A DNA stretch of 64,000 bases from Chiloscyllium plagiosum (GCF_004010195.1 NC_057711.1:74912433-74976432), one strand, 5' to 3'. Counted from the first letter of the stretch, positions 50,345 to 62,984 are shown. Translations and numbers: made by a program. Notes: a model not told the origin generated them from the letters alone.

Positions 50345-51600
50345 ATGTCAATCATGAGCAGGAGTCGGCCGTTCAGTGCTTATAACCCAGCTCCACCTTT
50401 CAAAGGATCATTGCTGATCTGATTTTAACCTCAAATCCATAAACCCCAACAACATTTCAATTCCTTGCTACAAAATAATCTATCTACCTCTGTCTTATAA
50501 ATATTCAAGGATACTGCTTCCACCATCTTTTCGAGAGAATAGTTACAAAGACTCATGATCCTCTGGGAGAAAATAAAATCATTTAACCTCTGTTTTAAAT
50601 GAGTCACTGCTGATTATTGAGCAGTGAAGCCAGTTCTATATTCTTCCATTAGAGGAAGCATCCTTCCCATATCTAGCCAGTCGTAGAGTCGTAGAATCAT
50701 AGAGATGTACAGCACAGAAACAGATCCTTTAGTCTAAATCGTCCATGTCGACTAGATATACTAAATTAACCTAGTCCCATTTGCCAGCATTTGGCCCCTT
50801 TCCCTCTAAACCTTCCTATGCATATATTCATTAAGATACCTTTTAAATATTGCAATTGTACCAGCTTCCACCCACTTCCTATGGCAACTCATTCCATCCA
50901 TGCACCACTTTCTCTATGAAAAAGTTGCCCCTTAAGAGCTTTCCCCTCTCACCTTAAACTTATGCCCTCTAGTTATGGACACCCCCTCCCTGGGGAAAAG
51001 ACCTTGACCATTCACCCTATCCGTGCCCCTCATGGTTTTATAAACCTGTATAAGGTCACTGCTCAGCCTCCGACACTCCAGAGAAAATAACCCCATCCTA
51101 TTCAGCCTCTCCTTATAGCTTAAACTCTGCAAATCTAGCAACATCCTTGTAAATCTTTTCTGAATGCTTAACAACATCTTTACTCTAGCAAGGAGACCAG
51201 AAGTCAAAACGCCTCAGGATTTTATATCTTTCAAGCAAGTCATCCTTACTGATCTAAACTCCAGTGGATACAAGCCTAGCCTGTCCAAACTTTCCGCATA
51301 AGACAATCCACCTATTTCAGATGTCGGTTGAGTAAAAACTGCTTCCAATACATTTGCATCCTTCTTTAAATAAGGTGATCATGCAATGCATGGTACTCCT
51401 GATGCTTTCTCACCAGTACCCTGTGTATCTGAAGCATAACCTCTCTACTTTTATATTCAATTTATCTCGCCATAAATGACAATACTCTATTAACATTTCA
51501 AATACTTGCTAAACCTGTATGCTAAAGGCTTACACTTCATGCACAAGCACGTGTCCTTCAGCATCTCAGATATCTGCAATCTCTCCCCATTTAAATACTA
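50345..51600 (-). mobile_element. Old CR1 3' part with a second CR1 3' part nested at about 50682-51205
   Basis: Inner copy IQKRFTRML..LFSLECRRL..TRGHKFKVRGE with GTAGAGTC tail; outer copy resumes AGGATTTTATAT at about 51215. Confidence 0.8.
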
Positions 51601-51849
51601 TTAGACCAAGGTGATCCAGGGCAAAAACATCTGTATTATGTGTTTATAGCTTGAGCTAATTCAGATCTAAAGTCCGAGCTGTAAACATAATTCAGATGTT
51701 TTTGTGCCGTGTCAGGAAGGAAGAAAGTTACCTGAACATTTTACTTTAGGAGATGGTCACCCCTCTCAAATTATGTATTTTAAATTTGTAGATGAGCAAA
51801 CTAACCATGGGAATGTGGTACAGGGAGTCATTCAAATAAGGGAAGAAAT

Positions 51850-53780
51850 AGGAATACAGTTGAGGTGGGGGTACTATAATTAGAGGAATAGAGACTGATC
51901 TCTGCAGTTATGAACATAATACTGAAGATTATGTTGCCTGCCTTGTGTTAGGCTTAAGGACATCTTCTCAGGGCTGCAGAAGTTAGAGATTGGAGGAAAG
52001 GAATCCAGTCATCCACATTGACTTTGATAGGACTAGAAAGGAAATTCTGCTGAAAAAATTTGAACAGTTTGGAGCTAAATTGAAAATCAGAATCTCCAAA
52101 GTAGTAATCTTAGGATTACTGCCTGAGCCACAGACAAACTAGCAAAGAGTAAATAAAATCAGAGTTTAGCATAGACCTTAGAGATTTGTTTGGGAGAAAT
52201 AGGTTTCAGTTCTTGGAGTACTGGCTCCAATGCTGAGGTAAAAGGGAATTAATCCAGTGGAATTGTCTTCACTTGAACCATACTGAGACTGGTGTCCTGG
52301 TGGATCAAATAGCAAGGGCTGTAAAGAACACTATGATCTTACAGCCTTTACAGAGACAGGGAAATCAAAGCTGTTAACAAAATATTCAGGGGTAACTGAC
52401 TTTTCAAAAGGACAGCCAGCAAGGGAAAGGCTGGCGGAGTAGCTCTGTCAGTATGAGACGGCATAAATGTGATAATAAGGAATGATCTTAGAACAAAAGA
52501 TGAAAAGTCCATATGGTTAAAGGTAAGAAAAAAACAAGGGGAGGAAGACAATGATGGAATCAGCTATAAATCTCCAAACAGTAATAGCATTGGACGAGTG
52601 AAAATAAATAAAGAGGTAATGAGGACATTTAAAAGGCAGTATATTAATTATGCGTGACTTAATTCTTAGTGTAGATTGGGGAAAATCAAATTGACAGAGG
52701 TTATCATAAGAAATAATCCATAGCTTGTATTCAACACAGTTTGCATGAATGTTATGTTGTGGATCCAACCAGGGATCAGGATATTTTGAACATAGCAATG
52801 AGTAATGAGGCCAATTTATAAATGATCTGAGTAAAGAGCCTCGAGGAAACAGTGACCATGAAATGGTAGAATCCAGCATCCAATTTGTGAGTGAGAATCT
52901 TGGGTCAGAAACAATGATGCTAAAATTAGACAAGAACAATTCTGAATGAATGAGGGCAGTGCTGGATGGAGTAAATTAGGAAAGGAGTTTAGCAGAAAAT
53001 ACAACATTTGAAGAATGTTAGTTGTTTAAGAAAATACTTGTGACTCACAATCAAGATATAACCTTTTGAGAAAGACGTATTCTAGGAAGGAAATAAACCA
53101 ATGCTAGAAATTAAATCCAGTCACAAATTGTAAGGAAAAAAAACACACAAAGTAGCTAAGAACAGATTAAAGCCCATAGGTTTGAAAGCTTTAAACACTG
53201 ATAAAAGGTGACAAAATAAATAGCAAGGAGGGAGAAAATAAACTTTGAGTGCAAGCCAGCAAGTGACATGAAAACAGACAGTTAGAGCTTCTTAGGTTTT
53301 TAAAAAGGAAGAGAGGGGCCAAAGTGAACATAGTCCCCTTCGAGAAGCAAGCTGGGAAACAAAAGTAAGGGAACCCTGAAATGGCGGAGGGGTTGAATCA
53401 GTCTACTTTGCATCAGTCTTCACAGTAGCAACATGAATAACATTCCAAAGATAATAAATAATCAAGAGGCAAAAGGGGGAGACAAAATAAATACAACAAG
53501 TATCAGTAGAGAAAAAGGAATGGGAAAGCTAATAGTGTGAAAGGCTGATATGTCTCATGGACATGATATGTTGCATCCTAGAACATTACAGGAAAGAGCC
53601 AGAGAGATATTGGATGGAATGGAATTAATCTTCCAAGAAACCTTTGGTTCTGGAAAAGTCCCAGATGATTGGAAAATTGCCAGTGTAGAATCCTTATTCA
53701 GAAGAGAAGGAGACAAAACAAAACCAGGTAGCTAAAGGTCAGTTCGCTTAACATTTAGGAAAGGGTTTGAATGTATTGTA
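51850..53780 (+). mobile_element. Degraded CR1 spanning ORF1 esterase, ORF2 endonuclease and start of RT
   Basis: LCCLP..VISGLLPEP-like ORF1 motifs; GKAGGVAL, ESIWLKVR-like, EPRGNSDHEMVE; SHGHDMLHPRTLQE..GKVPDDWKIA. Confidence 0.8.
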
Positions 53781-53992
53781 AATGTTTAGTTGTTCACCTG
53801 ATTGTCTGCTTGATATCTTCTGGTGATCCCATGTCAAAGTATCTTAACACTACAGGTTCTACAGAGCATTAGGGAAAAAGCAGCAGTCAGTGTGGGGATT
53901 CCTCTTCCCATCAGGGGAAAGGGATTGCCAACAGGTACCTTCAGGGAGAAGAAGTCACACACAGGCTCACTTTGTCTCCGTGTTACATTGTC

Positions 53993-54063
53993 TTCCCTGG
54001 ACACTCCGGGTTTGCCTGGCACTCACTACTCTGCCCTGGATACTCCAGATTTGCCTGGCACCC
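53993..54063. repeat. Short imperfect tandem duplication
   Basis: CCCTGGACACTCCGGGTTTGCCTGGCAC / CCCTGGATACTCCAGATTTGCCTGGCAC. Confidence 0.7.
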
Positions 54064-54714
54064 TCGACTTTTCCCTGTCAGTGACACTAAAACCTGCAGA
54101 AGTCCAAGCTGAGGAAGGTGTATCTACACATGGGCAGTACGCTTTTAGCAGGCTTTGGCCCTATATACCCAAACGTGCCCCAGAGACAACTGCCCAAGTC
54201 TTCCAGCAAACAGGAGCAGACTCCCTCTATTCTAGCTGCAGAAGTTAGGACTGACCTTGGACTTAATGAAAGAGAGGGAAAGGAAATAAACATATTGAGG
54301 ACATAAAGGAGGCCCAGGTAAAACATTGTTAAAAGTAACCTTTTGCTTTTGGAAGTATATGCTCACTTCCACTCTTAAAATGTTTGCTCATGTCATTTTT
54401 GCTGTCGGATCTGGTTACGTAGCTCCCATGTGGAAGATGAACAACCTCTTCAGCCATCATAATATACCATCTTTCTTCCTGTTGGGTTGAGTGATGCTTT
54501 CCTGAGGTGTGACGCTGAAGCTGTGGCTCTCCAGTGCTTTCCTTTTGGAGCAGAGATTTGCTGGATGCTGTAATATCTCCTTAAGGCAAAAGGGAATTAG
54601 CTGTGTAAAAAGGATTAGAGGTTGTGTGTATTGAGAGTGAGCACCGGTGTTAATGAGAGAGCTTTGCAGCGTAGCACAATGAAACTTACTGGGGGTTAAT
54701 TGTCTATTGATGTC

Positions 54715-55365
54715 TGCCCATTGCCACATGAGCAGTCATATTCCTCTCAGGGCAGATTGAGTATTTTATTCTCTAAGGCAGTGATGAGCCCAATATCTGT
54801 TTCCACTTCCCTCCCCATTCTTGGACACTCAGTGAGCACAGTTTTCATACAATGAGAAAAATGGAGAGTTTGAGTGTGATGGAACTAGATTGGAGAGAAT
54901 TTCATGATGATGCAGAAGGTGGATTGGCAAGATGTTCCCACTGTGAGTAAGAAGCACAGATCACAGGAAGGGTTATGGTTTTGGATGATAGGATGGGTTA
55001 GACTTACTGAGTGGATATTACTGACAGCTGAGGTCTATGTGCCTTGGTGGGAGTGATGTGTTGTGGCAGAGTTAGAGTGAGTGGTGACCCAGAGAGTGCA
55101 AGTTAGTAGACGATGGTGGCCCTTACCCACTGGGAGTGCAGAGGATCATTTACCTTCTTTCTACATTGCCTGTGTATTCTGTTTCCCTGGGACACAGCAC
55201 TGACCTAGTGCATGATCATTATTCAGGGTGGCTGTGTATTGTGGCATGGTCTCGTTTTGATAGTCTGCAGGGAAAAGGACAGCGCTCCGCTCTACCATCC
55301 CATTCAGAAAAACGTGCAGGTCCCTATCCACAAAGCAGAAAGCTAACATGCCTTTCTGGGCCATC
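54715..55365 (-). pseudogene. Harbinger-type Myb/SANT-like ORF relic with probable intron
   Basis: MAQKGMLAFCFVDRDLHVFLNGMVERSAVLFPAD../VSAVSQGNRIHRQCRKKVNDPLHS then GTAAGG donor at about 55127; second segment about 54845-54715 ECPRMGREVETDIGLITALENKILNL..DCSCGNG. Confidence 0.75.
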
Positions 55366-55508
55366 TCCTTGGGGATAATAGTACAGCACCAGCACAATGT
55401 GAGGGATAGTTCCTGGTTTGAAGTGGGCTTTTAATATGGCACTAGTATCACATTGATGAAGACTTTCACCTGTGCTGCTGTACAATTACAGAAAGGAGGT
55501 ACAGATAG

Positions 55509-56265
55509 TAAGTTTGCAGATGACACCAAATTGGAAGTGTAGTGGACAGCGAAGAGGGCTACCTCAGATTACAACAGGATCTTGACCAGGTGGGCCAATG
55601 GGCTGAGAAGTAGCAGATGTAGTGTAATTCAGATAAATGTGAGGTGCTGCATTTTGGAAAAGCAAATCGTAGCAGGACTTATACACTTAATGGTAAGATC
55701 CTAGGGAGTGTTGCTGAACAAAGAGACCTTGGCGTACAGGTTCATAGCTCCTTGAAAGTGGAGTCGCAGGTAGATAGGATAGTGAAGAAGGCATTTGGTA
55801 TGCTTTCCTTTATTGGTCAGAGTATTGAGTACAGGAGTTGGGAGGTCATGTTGCGGCTGCACAGGACATTGGTTAGGTCACTTTTGGAATATTGCATACA
55901 AAATTATGAGGGGCATGGATAGGATAAATAGACAAAGTCTTTTCCCTGGGGTCAGGGAGTCCAGAACTAGAGAGCATAGATTTAGGGTGAGAGGGGAAAG
56001 ATATGAAAGAGACCTAAGGGGCAATATTTTCACACTGAGGGTGGTACAGGTATGGAATGAGTTGCCAGAGGAAGTAGTGGAGGCTGGTACAATTGCAAGA
56101 TTTAAGAGGCATTTGGATGGGTATATGAATAGGAAGGGTTTGGAGGGATATGGGCCGGGTGCTGGCAGGTGGGACTAGATTGCGTTGGGATATCTGGTCT
56201 GCATGGACGGGTTGGACCGAAAAGTCTATTTCCATGCTGTACATCTCTATGACTCAATGACTCTA
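55509..56265 (+). mobile_element. CR1 LINE 3' part with internal deletion
   Basis: SKFADDTK..HFGKANRSRTYTLNG..LVRSLLEYC joined directly to YKIMRGMDR; ATGACTC tail repeats. Confidence 0.93.
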
Positions 56266-56794
56266 GGATGGTGAATGCACTGAAGAGCCCAGTTACATGA
56301 TTACTGAGATGAAAAGTGGAAAATTGCAAGAGAAATGTTTCTGTAGCCAAGGCACACCAAGCACCATAAATCTCACTTGATGAAACATTTTCACTGAAAA
56401 TGGGCGTATTCCATACAAGTTTAATATGGTCCCTTTCTGAAAAATTATCAATTTTCATTGATTAATTATTTTGTACCCCTTGTCAAATGTTGTGGAGTCT
56501 GTCCTTTTGCTCTTTTTAAAAATTATGGAAAATAATTATAACTTTATTCTGCAATGTAAAACAAAGGATGGCAAATCACCAGTGCATTTTGTACTTCTCA
56601 ATTAAAACAAAACATTGACTTTACAATAAGCATTACTTTTGTTGGATGAAATATATGATTAATTCCTACACAATTAACTCAATATATTATACAATCCTTT
56701 TTCACTTTGAGATTTACTATCATCCATTTTTTCTCATATTTAACTTATATTTGTTTCACCAATAATTCGAGCTAAATCCTACACCTCCTTTAAT

Positions 56795-56922
56795 AAAGGC
56801 AAAACACTGTGGATGCAAGAAATCTGAAACAAATAGAGAGCACTAGAGAAACCCAATAAGTCTAGCAGCATCTGTGGAGAGAAATAGAGTTTGCTTCAAG
56901 TCTGACATGGCTGTCCATCAGA
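56795..56922 (-). mobile_element. Family D short repeat, degraded
   Basis: AAAACACTGTGGATGCAAGAAATCTGAAAC..GTCTAGCAGCATCTGTGGAGAGAAATAGAGTT..CATCAGAA. Confidence 0.65.
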
Positions 56923-57232
56923 AGCCCCCCCCACCTCCTTTATTAGTTTAAAGTTCTTTTCTGTGTCCTTTTACTTCTGAGCCACCAGCAGCTCTCCCTA
57001 ACAATATCATTGCTTCCTGACCTTGGTAATATTTTAAAAGTGTCGCATGAATTCTGCAAGGACAATTTCCTGCTCTGTTTAACCTTATACATATTATTGC
57101 AAATATGTCACTTCACAATAAATGTGCATGTTTTAGAAATATAACTTTAGAAGTTGGAGATTAAAGTTCTAAACGTAAGATAAATTGAAACACTTTAAGC
57201 GCCTTCTACATATCTCTGTTGAGCCAATGTTA

Positions 57233-57537
57233 GGGTGGCATAGTGGTTCAATGACTCAGTGGTTAACAGTCCTGCCTCCCAGTACCAAGTACCTGGGTTC
57301 CATTCCTGCCTTGGGTAGCTGTCTGTGTGGATCTTGAATGTTATCCCTGTGTCTGCATGGGTTTAATCTGGCTTCCTCCACCAATCCAAAGATGAATTGA
57401 TCATGCTAAATTGCCCATAGTGTTAGGTGCATTAGTCAGAGGTAAATTTGGGGAGTGAGTCTGGTGGATTACTCTTTGGAGTGTCAGTGTGGATTTGTTG
57501 GGTTGAACGGCCGGTTTCCTATAGGGAATCTAATCTG
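57233..57537 (+). mobile_element. HE1-type V-SINE, diverged
   Basis: Head, CATGCTAAATTGCCCATAGTGTTAGG, GGGAATCTAATCT tail. Confidence 0.85.
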
Positions 57538-57984
57538 ATATAATGGAAGGATGGCCATGATATTTCATACCTTGGAAAGTGACTGGAACACTGAGGAAAA
57601 GTTAAAGTAAATTCCTGTTGGTTGTCTCAAATTAAACTTGGAAATTTTTATGAAGTGTAAGCCAACTCTTGGATGGAAGTGAAGTGTAGAACAGAGTGCT
57701 CAGTAGAACTAGCAAATGCTCGTGTTAGTTTGGTGATGCAGGCTTTATTTGCTTTCTTTATATATGCAATAAAGTTTGCTTCTGTTAAAAATATGGGACT
57801 GGATTTTCTGAAGGCCAAATAGCCATTTCTGCAGTATAAATTAGATATAATGCATTGAGATGTTTTGGATCTTTTGACTGCAAGAGAATTATTCACAAAG
57901 TTGAAGATTCTGGTGGACAGTTCCCCTATAGCCGGAACAGTCTAAAAGTATCCATTTAAAAAAGAGAATTTGAAGTCTTCCACT

Positions 57985-58082
57985 TCAGAGTCGAGGATGT
58001 GATGCTGGAAAAGCACAGCAGCATTTGAGGAGTAGTACAGTCGATGTTTTGGGTATAAGCCAAATCAGGCATAATCAGGAAT
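57985..58082 (-). mobile_element. Family A element, degraded
   Basis: GTGATGCTGGAAAAGCACAGCAG..GTCGATGTTTTGGGTATAAGCC..ATCAGGAAT. Confidence 0.65.
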
Positions 58083-58199
58083 CGGGAACTGAAGTGGAGC
58101 CTTCCACTCAATACTAAATTGTTACTCAGGTATGGTAATGCAAAACAATTAAAAACATAATCGAACTTCCGGATAAGTATTAAAGCGACCGCACAACTT

Positions 58200-59105
58200 A
58201 CCTTTCACTCACTAACTGCAGCTCCCCTGGCTCCTTACACCATCCAGACTCTGACCTGAGACCTCCCCTCTAGCCCTGGGACCAGACTCAGACACATTTC
58301 ACACCACCACCACACCACCACCCCCATCACTGTAGCTACTATCCCACCAAACTAACACCTCCCCCTGCCAGACATGACCAAAGCCTGTAAACTAAAAAAA
58401 ACTTTCCACCTGGGAATTGACTCTGATCCTACTCCCACCACACCTGACCCCCCACACCAGTGAATCTATCACACTCCTTGCCCCCTGAAACTCAACTCCC
58501 TGCTTTGTCCAGAACATGACATCCCACTTTCCTTGAGAACCCAAATGTCTCCAACCACAGGATCTGACATTACCCCAATACCCCTTCTACCTCCCAAGTT
58601 CTGACATCACACCCCTCCCTTACCTTCAGACACAACAACAACCTCTCGTCACCAGTCACAACATCCGCTTCCTCTTCTGTGCGTCCTGGCAAGTTCTTCT
58701 CCACCTGGCACTCTCCTTTGGGAGCCAACTCGCCCTCCAACATCCAGGACTGGGCATTGTCTCACCTTCTTCCCAACACAACTTTCCTGCCACTAGACCT
58801 GACACCTCACACTGCACCTGAAACCAAAAACTGACCAGCCCACACTGCACTTCCTGATCTAATACCACCCTTCTCCCTTGCCACCAGAATGAACAGACCC
58901 CTCTCCAGAGGTACCAACCATCCCCTTCCTGGCTGCCAGATTATTGGACCTGATGTCTCCAATTCACATTAACCTATCTAAACACTCCTTCACTTTCCTG
59001 GCCTCCTTCTCACCTTCTGCCCTGTCAACTTATCCATCTGGTACACTTTCCCCTACTAACCTGACACCCTGGCACCATGCCCTCTTGACACCATAACCTC
59101 ACATT
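58200..59105. repeat. C-rich, G-poor low-complexity region with recurring CCTGACAC/CACC-type motifs
   Basis: Strong strand skew over about 900 bp. Confidence 0.5.
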
Positions 59106-61823
59106 TACCTTATGTATGTATCCTTTCACAGAGCTGTTAAAGTGCACATTCAAATCACAGAATATAATAAATGATGCTATGAAAAGGTTGTGGTTTAACT
59201 TCCCCGACTCCTGGGTCTAATATGTGGAACACTTTCTTAACATAACAAAATTAGCAGTGTGGCAATCTGAATGTAATTGCCACGGCGTGGAATGAAGTCT
59301 AGTAACGTAGATCTTTCAGATTATCACAGGGTGTCTGGATTTTGTCATTTAATGGTAATGATTCCTAGCAGCATTGAAAGATCAGTTCCATGTTTATCAA
59401 TTTTCCTTCAAAAAAGGAAACAGTCAGATGCACGCCTGAAGGAAAAAATGAAGATAATTTTTACAGTTAAAATTTATATAAAGAAAAGGTTAAAAACAAA
59501 TGAGTCATTCAAGAAAAGATTTATTTTCTGATTTTGTGTTCAAGGAAGAGTTTGATTGAATGAAGAAAATGGAATTTCATTTCATTTTTACTTAGTATAT
59601 TGGTGTCTCTATCAACAGCAATGGTGCTATCTCACTAAAGTATTCATTGTCTTTGTATTGAATGATTGGAGAAGCAATCGTAATAGCAGATGTTAAAGAC
59701 ACAAGGGATGAATTTCCTTGGGGCTTTTCTCACTCTACCACATAACAACAGTGAATATTTTGTTTACATATAGAAAAGAGGGTTCTGCCAACCTTCTGCC
59801 AAAATGATCAGAAGAGAGTAGGAAACTCTGAGTAAATAGCTATATATCAAATATAGTGTACACTCCACATATTTAATCTTAATAACACATATCTTTTCAG
59901 AACTATATGTAATAATTCAGGGCTTTTGCATGGAAACTTATTTGGTTGTACCTTAGTAATACCCAAAATTAGATTTTTATTATGCTGTTTATAGATATGC
60001 AATTGCAACCTTTATTTTCAACTATACATTTGTGAAAGACTATCCATAAAAATGTGCAGGTCCTGGTGATCAATTTGTTCATTTGGTTGTGGTCCTTCTG
60101 AAATATTTCTGATTTTTATTTTTATGAACTAGCAGTTTAGGCCTTAGAACAGAAAAACAGCAACAGAATGATAGAAAGGGTATTTAGTGAATCTAATGCA
60201 TAATAAGGCTCAGGGGCCCTCCCCTCATGGGAATCTATGATTTCAACTCTCTAATCATGTGTCAATGGACATGCTGCTATTGCCATGTTCTTACAATTAA
60301 TAACTGGAGTGGAATTATCGGATCTTGTTAATCCACAGAAAACCCCTGTAGCTGGCATTTCAATCATTTTTACCATGCCGTGACTGAGCAACAACACTCC
60401 TTAATTTACTATGTGTTTTTTGCAAAATTTTAGAAAATGGTAAGCAAAACAAATTCAACAATTCTGTAACATATAATCTGAAGAATAAAGAATCACCATT
60501 GACCCAGAATAATGAGGGTTCTTTGTTCATGCATATTTTACTGTAACAGTGATGCATATTTTAAAATAATGCTTTTCTTACTGAAAATATTAGTCATTTC
60601 TTTGAACAATTAGCTTAATTTAACTCAGTTACTTTTCCTTCCTCTGCAATGTTGGTTCATGATCGTAAATGAGGGGATTTTCTTTGTACTGTACGAAACT
60701 GCTTTTTTTAACCATTACAAAGTTGTAGAGGTTGTTGCTTTTTCAGGGAACTAGGAAAGCTGCACTGAAAAATAACTAGATAGGGAGGGTTTAAGAAAAC
60801 ATAAATAAGCAATAGTGAAGCTAATAATGATTTCTTTTTGTATTTTTATTTGAACGCAATAGTGTCAAAATGGGAAACATTCAATTGAGAAATGCCATCA
60901 TGATTTCAGCATTTGTTTGAAATATGACATATTAGTATTGCCATGCAAAAATAAGCTGTACTGTACTGCAGAAGCACAGAGCACTTACTTAAGGTCCACC
61001 CATTCATGTCACTTCCAATATGTCATTCCGTGTGTAGTGTTATACATGGTCCAATAGTTTAGACAGCCTGCAGGAATAGCCACTAAATCCACAGAGTACA
61101 TTTTTTGGGAAATAATACTCTATTATTCCCTGAATGATAACGATTAAAATAATTAAATACTTATTGTTTTTATTCCCCATTCTTTATCTCATTCCTTGTT
61201 GGTAAGTACGGGTTGCATATTAGAGTATTCTTGGGAATACCATTACCATAGCTTCTCCGTATGAGAGTTGCATTGATCCTGCTTTATCTGATGTGTTCTG
61301 TCAGTCCAGCAGAAAGTGCAATGCTCTACGCATTAGGCATTCTGACTGAGTGGATTGTAACATTATTCATAGTGCTGCCTTCAGGAAATTATTAAAAGTA
61401 AAGTTGCAACCCTTTCAGAGTTATTCTGACTACTTTAAAACTAGCCTTCAATGTAAGGGAATTTTAGTTTGTAACCTGGAAACTGTAAATTGTATCTAGT
61501 TCTGGAGTCAGTGACACTATTTGCAATGGTTAGATTGTTATCTAAAAATTGCACAAGTCATACGTATCGGAAAGTAATAGGTAACATTTTGAAGATCAGT
61601 ATCTGCTGCATACTTTTGAATATTATTCTTTTAGATTGGAAAAATATGTTCGGGGAAACATAAGCTGTGATGGAAGACTCCTTCTATTATGATTATTGAC
61701 AAATACACATGTTTTGATTTCTGTTATCCACTCAAGACTTCAGCACAAATAATTTCATTAGTTTTCCTTCTGGCAATGTCAGCATTCTCAGCATATATGG
61801 CCTTCTGGGTGATTTAAGTCTAG

Positions 61824-62022
61824 ATTAGAGTGCTGCTGAAAAAACACAGCAGGTCAGGCAGCATCCAAGCAGCAGGAAAATGACGTTTCAGGCAATCCTG
61901 ATGAAGGGCTTTTGCCTGAAATGTCGATTTTCCTGCTCCTCCGATGCTGCCTGAGCTGCTGTGCTTTTCCAGCACCATTCTAATCTAGACTCTGATCTCC
62001 AGTATCTGCAGTCCTCACTTTT
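61824..62022. mobile_element. Inverted pair of family A elements with a flanking duplication of about 24 bp
   Basis: Minus partial copy to about 61893, plus full copy 61894-62022; GCCTTCTGGGTGATTTAAGTCTAG (61800-61823) vs GCCTTCTGAGTGATTAAAGTCTAG (62023-62046). Confidence 0.88.
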
Positions 62023-62149
62023 GCCTTCTGAGTGATTAAAGTCTAGCGTGGTTGGTTTTCTTCTTCATTATAAGGAATTCACGTTCAGGGATGCTGAAGA
62101 TAACCATGACCTACTTAAACAAAAGCTTGGATTTATTTGTCAACTTTCA

Positions 62150-62975
62150 TGACCACAGGATGTATGTTAGCATGTGGGCCCAACCAATAATTACGAAGGC
62201 AAATGGAATGTTATTTATTGCAAGAAGAATGCAGTATAAAAATAGGGATTTTTTTTCTACAGTTGTACAGGAATTGGTAAAATCACAAGTAGAGTACTGT
62301 AAATTATTTTATGATTTGGAGGTGCTGGTGTTGGACTGGGGTGGACAAAGTTTCAAAATCACACATCAGGTTATATGTCCAACAAGTTTATTTGGAGGCA
62401 CTAGCTTTTGGACTGCTGCTTCTTCATCAGGTAGTTGATGAAGAAACCTGTTGAAGAAGCAGTGCTTCAAAAGCTAGTGCCTCCAACTAAAGCTGTTGGA
62501 CTATAACCTGGTGTGTGATTTTTAAATACATGACTTTATTAACTTTATTTAAGAAAAGACAGAGTAACATTATAAACAGTTCAGAGAAGGTTCACTCAAC
62601 TGATTCCTGGGGTGATGGGATTTTGAATGGGGAAAGGCCTTGTAACTGTGGAGTTTAGAAAAATGAGAGGTCATTTTATTGAATCAGATGGGATCCTGGG
62701 AGAACTTAACATGATAAATGCTGTAAGGATGCCTCTCCTTGAAAGAAGAGATAGAACTAGGGAAAACAAAAAAAAGGATCTGCTATTTAAGATAGAAATA
62801 TGGAAATGTTTTTCCTGTTAGAGATCATTTGCCTGTGCAACATCTTTCCCAGAGAATCCTGGAGGTGAGGTTGTTGCATATTTCCAAGGCAGAGTTAGGT
62901 AGATTCTTGACTAATGAGGGAGTTAGATTTGAGGGCCCAAATGGCCTATTTCTGCTACTAATTTGTAAGCATGTT
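62150..62975 (+). mobile_element. Degraded CR1 3' part interrupted by a family B pair
   Basis: KANGMLFIARRMQYKNR..LVKSQVEYC; resumes VQRRFTQLIPG..EFRKMRG. Confidence 0.75.
62311..62525. mobile_element. Inverted pair of family B hammerhead repeats, decayed cores
   Basis: Minus arm 62311-62435 and plus arm 62447-62525, both homologous to 22285-22413; CGAAAG changed to CAAAAG in both. Confidence 0.82.
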
Positions 62976-62984
62976 CATATGTAA

